From an uncultured Gammaproteobacteria bacterium (lineage in GTDB: Bacteria; Pseudomonadota; Gammaproteobacteria; GCA-001735895): a DNA stretch of 36,383 bases. Positions within the stretch are counted from its first letter, which is position 1, and each line of letters starts with the position of its first letter. Below the pieces are notes generated by a model. It saw only the letters and a program-made list of their open reading frames with translations, made no database searches and had not been told where the DNA came from. The position numbers and the translations under genes were made by a program. The DNA lies in assembly GCA_937980285.1 (NCBI GenBank), contig CALJQI010000063.1, forward strand, positions 1 through 36,383, read 5' to 3'. Below are positions 27,497-34,659 of this stretch, one piece after another.

Positions 27497-27970
27497 TTAG
27501 TTTTGGCCGATCGCGAGCGCGTGTTTCATACCGGCTTCGAAATGCCCCGGTATATTACAGGAGAACACGACCGTGTCATTACCAAGGAATTGCCACGACA
27601 GCCGCGCCTGTTCGCCGGGCTCGAGCGAAACCGTATTCGGGTCCTCGTGTTTCATTGCAGGCATATTGCGCATCATTTCGGCATGCCTGGCCTGATCCTC
27701 GGCGTTGCCGATCGAAAACTCGTGCGCAAGTTTCCCATCGTTGCGCACGATGAATTCAATGGTTTGACCATGCCGCAATTATTCAAGGCTCGGCTCGAAG
27801 GTAAAACGCATGTTGTCCGTCATCGATACTTTTATCTGGCGATCCGGCTTGCCCTGACCCGGCTTGCCGACGCTAAATGCTTCATGTCCATGACTGTGCT
27901 CCCCGCTGCCGGCGGCCAGCGCCGCAACGGGAAAAACACCCAGGCACATCATTAAGATTAGTTTATTCAA
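27497..27970 (-). pseudogene. periplasmic cupredoxin (type-1 copper-site protein) interrupted by an in-frame TAA
   Basis: ORFs 27779..27970 and 27497..27778 are contiguous and in the same frame. They read ...MRFTFEPSLE-TAA-LRHGQTIEFIVRNDG.... Signal peptide, His-rich N-terminus, Met-rich HAEMMRNMPAM, and Cu ligands H(AHEF)...CNIPGHFEAGM. TTG start with GGAGAG SD. Confidence 0.75.
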
Positions 27971-28032
27971 TTTTGCTCTCCTCTCTCATTCTAAAATTCG
28001 ATAATCGTAAGCGCGCGCTATTCGAACGCGGC

Positions 28033-29136
28033 TTATTGCAACAAAAACGGAATCAATTCCTGGTAGGGACGATAGCCCTCTATTTTTTCGCCGCTGGCGG
28101 TAAACAATGCCGGAGTTCCGCTAATGCCGGCCTGATTGCCGGCCCGGTAGCCGCGATCGATCATGGCCGAGCGGCTGCAATCACCGGGCGGCAGGTCGTC
28201 GAAACGATTGTTCTTGGCCTCGGTCATCGCCCGCTTGCGATCGTCGGCGCACCACACCGACTTTAGCGTCTGGTAACCCGGCCCGCCGGAGCCGCCGCGG
28301 GGATACGGCAGGTAACGAACCGTGATGCCCGCCGCCTGCAGCCTGTCAATTTCGGCGTGCAGCTTCTGGCAATAGGGACAGGAGGTATCGGTAAACACGT
28401 CGAGCGTGGCCCTGGTCTCGCCCTCGGCTTCGAAAACCACGAGATCCTCGTCGCGAAAAGCCGACAGCAGCGCGACAACACCGGTACGGCGCGCGATTTC
28501 GGTCAGATTACGTCCATTCTCGAGATTGACCAGATCGCCCATCAGCGCGTACTTGCCGCCGTCGAGCAGGTAAACATAGCGATTGCCGATTTGCACCTGC
28601 CAGACATCCTCGATTCCGGTTTCGCTAACGTCATCGAGTTTCGCGTTACCGATACGTTGGCTCAGCAACCGGGTCAGCGGGCGTTTCGCGGCGACCACGA
28701 TATCGGTCAGTGACGGCATATCGGAAACTTCGAAGTTGGCGGCCCACTTGCGGTAAACCTCCTCGGGCCACTTCGACTGGAAAAAAGCGATCGCGCTGTC
28801 GATATCTTCGGCACTCAATCGATCGGCAAAAGCCGGCATCACGCCACCGAGTTGCTTACCGCCTTCGCGAACGGTTCTGCGCAAAAGCGCCAGATCGTGA
28901 TGCCAGGCGTGCGCGCTGCCATTTAGCGGCGGCGGCGGGAAGTTGCCGTTGGCATCGCGCTGCTTCCAGTTCGCGGTCGCTTCCGCATTCGGCCCGTGAC
29001 AGGCCGCGCAATTCTCACGAAATATGACTTCGCCGCGCTCAACCTGCCGACTGCTGTACCAGCGATCTCCCTCGGCCGCGTAGGTATTAGCCGATGACGC
29101 CAGCAACACCAGAAAAATCAGGCTTCTGCTTTTCAT
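28033..29136 (-). CDS. fusion protein: N-terminal mono-heme cytochrome c domain + DsbC-type thiol:disulfide isomerase
   Basis: Signal peptide MKSRSLIFLVLLASSANTYA. CAACHG heme motif with GVMPAF. Then a DsbC-like dimerisation region, the TDTSCPYCQKLH active site, ITVRYLPYPR, WCADDRKRA and GTPALF (cis-Pro). Confidence 0.8.
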   Translation of the reverse strand: MKSRSLIFLVLLASSANTYAAEGDRWYSSRQVERGEVIFRENCAACHGPNAEATANWKQRDANGNFPPPPLNGSAHAWHHDLALLRRTVREGGKQLGGVMPAFADRLSAEDIDSAIAFFQSKWPEEVYRKWAANFEVSDMPSLTDIVVAAKRPLTRLLSQRIGNAKLDDVSETGIEDVWQVQIGNRYVYLLDGGKYALMGDLVNLENGRNLTEIARRTGVVALLSAFRDEDLVVFEAEGETRATLDVFTDTSCPYCQKLHAEIDRLQAAGITVRYLPYPRGGSGGPGYQTLKSVWCADDRKRAMTEAKNNRFDDLPPGDCSRSAMIDRGYRAGNQAGISGTPALFTASGEKIEGYRPYQELIPFLLQ

Positions 29137-29149
29137 AAGATCTACCCCG

Positions 29150-29521
29150 CTAGTAAAGCTTTTTCTGTCGCTGGTAGTAGCGAACAAAGGGTATGACGGC
29201 ATCCATTTTCTTCGGAGTCATGCCCTCCACCGGTTTCATATCGCCGAAATTCCAGTGGTGCTGTTTCGTGCCCTGCAGCACGGCGCGGTAAAACGACTTG
29301 TCGCTATGATGCGAGGGCTTGTAAAACGGATGCACTAGCGGCGGACCCTGGTCGCTGCCGTCGAGCTGCAGGCCGTGGCAGCTACTGCAGTATTTTTCGT
29401 AGAGCAGCTGGCCTCTCGCCATTTCAAAGGGAATTTCGATCTCGTCAGCGGCGCTGACTGTGGCAGCGGCGAAAACCGCGGATAACACGAGGCTGACTAA
29501 CAGAAATTTATTTGTATCCAT
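29150..29521 (-). CDS. periplasmic class I cytochrome c
   Basis: Signal peptide (…AAATVSA) and a CSSCHG heme motif. Confidence 0.75.
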   Translation of the reverse strand: MDTNKFLLVSLVLSAVFAAATVSAADEIEIPFEMARGQLLYEKYCSSCHGLQLDGSDQGPPLVHPFYKPSHHSDKSFYRAVLQGTKQHHWNFGDMKPVEGMTPKKMDAVIPFVRYYQRQKKLY

Positions 29522-29577
29522 GAATTCACCCGGGTAAAGATTTAAAGAATGCGCTGTCTAGCGCTCGAAATCTTAGT

Positions 29578-29901
29578 TCAGGCGATTGGCGGTCGGTATA
29601 TCGAAAATACGAGTTGGGAAAAGAATCGAGGCTCGGGTAGATCGAGACGGATTACAGCCGTGGCCTCGGGATAAGGCTCGATGGCGGACGCGGGCAAGCT
29701 ACAGCCGAAGCCGCAATGGCCGCTGACGGACAGACAGATTTCGCCATCACAAGCGTCTTGGCCGCCGCCTGCATGGTTATCGCATCCACCGCAGTCGGCC
29801 GACATGTGATCGCCGTGATCCGCATTCGCAGCATAGCCGCCGCCGAGTGGCAGCACCCCGAGACAGAGGATTAACAGGTAATGGACGAGGCGAATTTTCA
29901 A
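29578..29901 (-). CDS. small secreted Cys/His-rich protein (8 Cys in a 33-residue stretch), unknown family
   Basis: Signal peptide, then HGDHMSADCGGCDNHAGGGQDACDGEICLSVSGHCGFGC. Only a TTG start preserves the signal peptide. First gene of the redox operon. Confidence 0.5.
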   Translation of the reverse strand: MKIRLVHYLLILCLGVLPLGGGYAANADHGDHMSADCGGCDNHAGGGQDACDGEICLSVSGHCGFGCSLPASAIEPYPEATAVIRLDLPEPRFFSQLVFSIYRPPIA

Positions 29902-30051
29902 TGCGATTCCAGCGTAATTAACCGTTTATATCGAATCATTAAACTTCAGACTATAAGAATCTAGCACAGTTCCGCGCATAGGGATAATCTCGAACCCGGA
30001 TTAATCTCCGCGCAATTCGACACCGAGTTAGAAACGAACGAATCCGGTTTT

Positions 30052-30681
30052 CTAGATTTCCGAAAAATCACCGACCTGGTAAAACACCCTGCCCAGCAAG
30101 GCATGATCGACCTGCAGAGAAAACCGGAAACGGCCTGCGTTCAGCGCCTGCTGCTTGACGATAGTCTTGCCGGGCGTAAGCAACGAAGGTATGGAGATTT
30201 TGAGACCGCCCAGTTGCCAGAAAAATCGCTTGCTTTCAAATACGATGGCCTGATTTTCCTCGTACACCGTGAGATGCATGCCAAAACCGAAGCCGACAAC
30301 TTCGACCATCCCGGCCTTCGGCAGAATGCATTTCGTGGACCGGACCCGGTTCAGCTTTTTGCCCGCGTAATAGTAAAAACGGTCCCAGGTCATACCCTGT
30401 AATTTCCGGTCCGGATACACCCTGACTTCCATCGCTACGTTACGCTCGGAATACAACGCCAACGGAGTGCCGATCAGCCGGCACAGTTGCGCCAGCAGTC
30501 TGCCGGCAAATGACAGGTAGACTTCGTACATAACGCCGCCGTAGGTAACACAGCGGTGGGCATTGGCCAGGGAAAAGCGCTTCTGGATATCCGGATGCAA
30601 TCGATTCCAGTCGCGCTCACCGACTAACTTGCGATAGTCAATTTCTAGCGGCCATTCGATTGGCGGAGGATTCTTAGACAT
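30052..30681 (-). CDS. DUF4166-like protein
   Basis: The start ATG at 30681 follows GGAGG and overlaps the upstream gene's stop by 8 nt. The family call rests on the recalled DUF4166 pairing with saccharopine-dehydrogenase-like genes. Confidence 0.6.
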   Translation of the reverse strand: MSKNPPPIEWPLEIDYRKLVGERDWNRLHPDIQKRFSLANAHRCVTYGGVMYEVYLSFAGRLLAQLCRLIGTPLALYSERNVAMEVRVYPDRKLQGMTWDRFYYYAGKKLNRVRSTKCILPKAGMVEVVGFGFGMHLTVYEENQAIVFESKRFFWQLGGLKISIPSLLTPGKTIVKQQALNAGRFRFSLQVDHALLGRVFYQVGDFSEI

Positions 30682-31804
30682 GGCAGACCTCCTTTTGATA
30701 AATTCCCCAACGATCCGCGACCTGTAAAAACTCGCCCAGCTCAAACAGACCCAGGCAGGGCATGGCGCCTTTTCGGCACCCGCCGGTCGCAATCTTATCG
30801 ATCACCAGCTCCGCCGCGATGGTCGGGATATTGGGACCTACACCGTTCTCCGCTACCAGCTGCCAGGATACTCGGCGGCGGTGACCGCCCGCGACCAGGC
30901 CCTCGATTTCGACAAACATCGCCCCGCAATCACTGCCCCGGGATAGAAACCAGTTGCTCATGCGCGTCAACGGCGCGGCAAACCTGGCCAGGTTATCGAC
31001 TATTCCGATACGGCTTAACAGCGACAGCGACCAAAGCCCGAGGTGCAAAATCGACACTTCGAGTCCAGCCTGGAAACGCAGGGTTTTTAGATCGGGATAT
31101 TTGGCCGGTAACAGTTCGAGATCGGGGATATCGCAATTCCCCATCCATCGACGGTTGACCGGTGCACCGAGATCGACCCGACGCAGGTTTTGCCAGCCAA
31201 ACAGCGGTTGACGAATGCCGTCGGTCAGCGTGTCGAACGGGCGACCGGTGTAAGACAGTATCGATGCCACCGTCGCCGCGCCGCGTTCACTTCGATTACC
31301 GGGTGAAATGCCGTAATCGATTTCCTCCAGCGCCGTGAATCGGGACGAGTAATGGTCCAGCACCGCGCCGGTCAGACCCGGTACGGTGCTGGCGCCCGTG
31401 ACCAGGCACACTTCGTTGTCCGTCGCCAGATCGTCGAGGGCCGCGGAAAACTCACAGACATACCGCCGGTCGTCTGCAAGGTCGACATAGTGGACGCCGT
31501 TTTCCGCGCAGCTGCGCGCAACCCGGTAATTGCCCGCGCCAGCCTGCAGTTGAAACGGCCCGGAGGCATTTACCACCATATCGACCGCCAGATCGGAGAA
31601 AATCCTTGTCAAATCCGAGTCAACGACGTCGAGCCTGGCGATTGCGGGGGTTTTACCCGTTTCCCTGCGGCAGCACTCGATGAACGCGCAAGCCTTGCTT
31701 AACGATCTGCCGGCGATGATTATTTCATGATCGTAGTGGCACAACAGGCTGTGCACCAGACGCTTGCCAAAATTGCCATAACCACCGATGACCAGGATTT
31801 TCAT
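30674..31804 (-). CDS. saccharopine dehydrogenase-like NAD(P)-binding protein
   Basis: Rossmann motif MKILVIGGYGNFGKRL. 376 aa. Confidence 0.7.
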   Translation of the reverse strand: MKILVIGGYGNFGKRLVHSLLCHYDHEIIIAGRSLSKACAFIECCRRETGKTPAIARLDVVDSDLTRIFSDLAVDMVVNASGPFQLQAGAGNYRVARSCAENGVHYVDLADDRRYVCEFSAALDDLATDNEVCLVTGASTVPGLTGAVLDHYSSRFTALEEIDYGISPGNRSERGAATVASILSYTGRPFDTLTDGIRQPLFGWQNLRRVDLGAPVNRRWMGNCDIPDLELLPAKYPDLKTLRFQAGLEVSILHLGLWSLSLLSRIGIVDNLARFAAPLTRMSNWFLSRGSDCGAMFVEIEGLVAGGHRRRVSWQLVAENGVGPNIPTIAAELVIDKIATGGCRKGAMPCLGLFELGEFLQVADRWGIYQKEVCHV

Positions 31805-31805
31805 A

Positions 31806-32357
31806 TCATCCGCCGCTGCCCGACTTCCCTCTGCGGGAGGGCACCAGTTTGGCTATGGTGGCGCCCATTTTCATCAGCGCTACCAGCGTGGATCGCGGCA
31901 GGCCCTTGATTTGATCGAACCATTCGGTCAAGGTCGAAACGAAGCTCAGCATCGCCTCGATTTTATCCTTCACCTGTTGCGGCGTTTCCTTGTCGGCTTC
32001 CATTTCCAGAACGCATTGCCGCAGCAGCGTCAGGGTCGGTTCGAGTTCACGCTTTTTACGCTCCTCCATGATCGTCATCAGCATTTCCCAGGTATCGCCG
32101 CGCGCGACGAAGTAATCCCGACGGTCCCCCAGCACCGGCTCTACCGCAACCAGGCCCCAGGACTGCAACTCCTTGATGCTGGTACTCACGTTAGAGCGTG
32201 CTATCGACAGCATTTCAGCGATATCTTCAGCATTCAATGCCTCGGGTGACAGGTAGAGCAAGGCGTGTATTTGCGAGACGGTTCGATTGACGCCCCAGCG
32301 CGTACCCATTTCACCCCAGTGGAGGATGTATTTCTGCATTAACGGCGTTGGCTTCAT
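31806..32357 (-). CDS. GbsR/MarR-family transcriptional regulator
   Basis: WGVNRTVSQIHALLYLSPEALNAEDIAEMLSIARSNVSTSIKELQSWGLV winged-helix region. Its stop is 1 nt from the next gene's start. Confidence 0.8.
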   Translation of the reverse strand: MKPTPLMQKYILHWGEMGTRWGVNRTVSQIHALLYLSPEALNAEDIAEMLSIARSNVSTSIKELQSWGLVAVEPVLGDRRDYFVARGDTWEMLMTIMEERKKRELEPTLTLLRQCVLEMEADKETPQQVKDKIEAMLSFVSTLTEWFDQIKGLPRSTLVALMKMGATIAKLVPSRRGKSGSGG

Positions 32358-32363
32358 TATATT

Positions 32364-32393
32364 CAGTAATTTCTGTATTTACAGAAATTACTG
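32364..32393. promoter_or_regulatory. perfect 14-bp-arm inverted repeat (candidate operator)
   Basis: CAGTAATTTCTGTA-tt-TACAGAAATTACTG, 6 nt (32358-32363) upstream of the GbsR-family gene's annotated ATG. Confidence 0.6.
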
Positions 32394-32540
32394 TAATAGA
32401 GAAAACGCTCTTTGTCAAACGCCAGGAATTCAATGACAGGCAAGAATGGCCATGGCTCCCTGCTCCAGGCCGGATACCCGCGGGAGGGACTTATCTGTTT
32501 TCGATAGTTTCGATGTGTTCGCCACAGTCATGCTTGCTCC

Positions 32541-33449
32541 TCAATAGCCTTCGATATAGATGAACTCGACGATGTATCCGACAGCCGAACGCCTGAGATG
32601 CAGGGTCGCAGTCATCTCGCCAGCAGGAAGGCGATCGAACTCATCACCCGCGATACAGTATTGAAATCCAAAACTGTCGATCGACCGAGGTTGCAGTTTA
32701 TAGGGACAGAAAGTGCGCCTCGAGCCCAGCTCCTTGACCACCAGGTCCTGCTCGGTCAAGTGTTTACCCATCATATGGGTATAAGCCTGCGGTATTGCCA
32801 CGGCCAGGTTTATCCACAAAATGCCCCATAAAAACAGCGCGATGCCGGGTATGACCAACAGGTAGTGTTTGCTTGCCGAGGTTTCATAAAAACTGATTTT
32901 GGGCCTCCACAGCTTGCGTTCGTGTAAATACTCGATCGTCACCATCAAACCGACGGTCAAAATAATCGAGATATAGATCATCAGCTGCGCGACCCCGGGA
33001 TGCACCACGAATCCCGGATAAACCGCGTATGGCAGGATAACGCCCGCACAGAGCAGGAGCATGATTAATATCCCGATTTTCTGCGGAAAAGGCGTACCGC
33101 GTGCCCACAGCAACTCAGGCGATTGCGGTTCGGATCGAGGCTCGACCTCGACTGACCGATTTTCCAGGCGTCGAGTGGCGATCGGCCGCATCCGTCTTGC
33201 CTGCAGCAGGCGATTCATTCGCAGGACGTGCTCGCTGTTACCAAACCCGCTGACCGGCTTTTTTATTTTCCGTAACAGCCTCTGCCACATGAAGTATCGA
33301 ACAATCCCGAACAGCGCAATGATCACGCCAGGAATCGCCAGCGCCGCCTCCGGGCCATAGTTAGCGGAGACGGCTAGCACGACAAGCAGCAGGATAAAGA
33401 ATGCGGCGAGAAGCGCGAGCAGTCTCAACAGCCTGATAACTAACTTCAT
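32541..33449 (-). CDS. hypothetical polytopic membrane protein
   Basis: At least five hydrophobic segments and a basic linker. No recognisable motif. Visibly lower GC than its neighbours. Confidence 0.5.
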   Translation of the reverse strand: MKLVIRLLRLLALLAAFFILLLVVLAVSANYGPEAALAIPGVIIALFGIVRYFMWQRLLRKIKKPVSGFGNSEHVLRMNRLLQARRMRPIATRRLENRSVEVEPRSEPQSPELLWARGTPFPQKIGILIMLLLCAGVILPYAVYPGFVVHPGVAQLMIYISIILTVGLMVTIEYLHERKLWRPKISFYETSASKHYLLVIPGIALFLWGILWINLAVAIPQAYTHMMGKHLTEQDLVVKELGSRRTFCPYKLQPRSIDSFGFQYCIAGDEFDRLPAGEMTATLHLRRSAVGYIVEFIYIEGY

Positions 33450-33600
33450 GCCACGTTATCCCTGCTCAATGTCAGCAACTGCGATTGCCAGCATTTTCGG
33501 CGGTAGCGGCTGACACGGCCCGGATGCCCAGGGCAGACAATACGAGCGCAATCAGGGTTTTCGGTTTCATGGTTGGCATCCCCGTCAACGTCAAGCCGGT

Positions 33601-34209
33601 TTAATCGAGCAGCAACTGCCCTATTGCAAGCAACTTCTTCTTGTCTCGCGGCGTTAACTGCGCATACAGCGTCAGCAGGTCCTGCATGTCTTCGGCCAGG
33701 TAAGGCCCCGCTTCGGCGCCCGCGACGGGCGCGTCTATCCAGCCGCGGCGCTGGCCGAGAAACTTTTCGCAGCGCCTGGCCATAAGATCGGGGATTTTGG
33801 CGTAGGGATTATTGCGAAATTTACGCATGCGTTCGAGCGGTAATTTTATCGCCGCCAGGTACTCGGGCAGGATGCCTTCTTTCTCGGCCCGATCGAGCGC
33901 ATCGATGAATTTGCGGTAGCGATTGGAATGCACTTCCGCCGGCCGCGGTGCGCCGATGCCATAGGTCAGCCAGCCCGGATCGATGTTGAGCGCCTCACAG
34001 AATTGCAGCGTCTCATCGACGCCCGGCGTCGACAACCCGGTTTCATAATTGTGGATGCGTCCGGCGCTCCAGCCGAGGCGCTGGCTGAGTTCTCGGCTGT
34101 TGGTTTCCTTTGCCATCAGGCGTGCCTGGCGAATGCGCTTGCCGATCTTGAGGTAGAGTGGATTGCGCGCGGATTTGTCTTTGATCAGAGCTGGTTTTTT
34201 AACTTGCAT
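33601..34209 (-). CDS. XRE-family helix-turn-helix transcriptional regulator with a C-terminal domain of unknown function
   Basis: HTH region IGKRIRQARLMAKETNSRELSQRLGWSAGRIHNYETGLSTPGVDETLQFCEAL. Start set to ATG 34209. Confidence 0.8.
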   Translation of the reverse strand: MQVKKPALIKDKSARNPLYLKIGKRIRQARLMAKETNSRELSQRLGWSAGRIHNYETGLSTPGVDETLQFCEALNIDPGWLTYGIGAPRPAEVHSNRYRKFIDALDRAEKEGILPEYLAAIKLPLERMRKFRNNPYAKIPDLMARRCEKFLGQRRGWIDAPVAGAEAGPYLAEDMQDLLTLYAQLTPRDKKKLLAIGQLLLD

Positions 34210-34227
34210 GCACGCGAGTTTAACAAA

Positions 34228-34279
34228 ATCCAAATTTCTTGGATATATTTCTTGCAATATCCAAATTTTTGGCTATTAT
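34228..34279 (+). promoter_or_regulatory. sigma70-type rightward promoter flanked and overlapped by two related operator repeats
   Basis: -35 TTGCAA (34252-34257), a 16-nt spacer, and -10 TATTAT (34274-34279). Operator-like ATCCAA-ATTTC-TTGGAT (34228-34244) and ATCCAA-ATTT-TTGGCT (34259-34274), the second inside the spacer. The 10-mer ATCCAAATTT recurs 31 nt apart. Confidence 0.55.
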
Positions 34280-34331
34280 ACGCTGCCACTGAAATCAGGC
34301 GACAGTGCGCCACATTAAACTGGAAAGAGAA

Positions 34332-34487
34332 ATGTTTTCATTACAGCCATCGCAAATATCCACCTACCGGACAGGTTATACCAGCCTGACGGGCGGCTGT
34401 GCGCATGACTGGAACAGAAAGCAACCCAGTTTTGTGGCGCTTGATCTCCGCCCCGAAGGCAATCTGAAAGGAATTGATATGCGGTAA
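34332..34487 (+). CDS. possible 51-aa leader / Cro-position small ORF
   Basis: ATG preceded by GGAAAGAG. The TAA stop ends 1 nt before the hairpin at 34489. Codon third positions are not GC-biased as in neighbouring genes, so coding status is doubtful. Confidence 0.25.
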   Translation: MFSLQPSQISTYRTGYTSLTGGCAHDWNRKQPSFVALDLRPEGNLKGIDMR

Positions 34488-34548
34488 TCCTCCGTCTTCA
34501 TACGGGAGGTTGCTGCAACGCAGACACCTCCCGAGTATCTTCCGAGAA

Positions 34549-34594
34549 CCCCGGTTGGTGTCTTCAAAACGCATCACCGGGGTTTTTGCGTTTT
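34549..34594 (+). terminator. intrinsic terminator
   Basis: 11-bp stem CCCCGGT(T)GGTG / CATCACCGGGG with an 11-nt loop, followed by TTTTTGCGTTTT. Confidence 0.7.
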
Positions 34595-34615
34595 ACGACT
34601 TAAAAAAAAGCCCCG

Positions 34616-34652
34616 CGCTGACCTCGTTCGGCAGCGTGTAGCTCTTTAACAA
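34616..34652 (+). promoter_or_regulatory. rrn-type antitermination signature: boxB-like hairpin + boxA
   Basis: Hairpin 34616-34620/34632-34636, plus 34622-34623/34630-34631. Three nt later comes AGCTCTTTAACAA (34640-34652), 12/13 identical to the E. coli rrn boxA TGCTCTTTAACAA. Confidence 0.6.
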
Positions 34653-34659
34653 TCTGGAA

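Noticed and set aside
34285-34291. GCCACTG, which resembles the cobalamin-riboswitch B12-box core.
   Set aside because: It is an isolated heptamer right at the predicted transcription start, with none of the surrounding conserved riboswitch elements.
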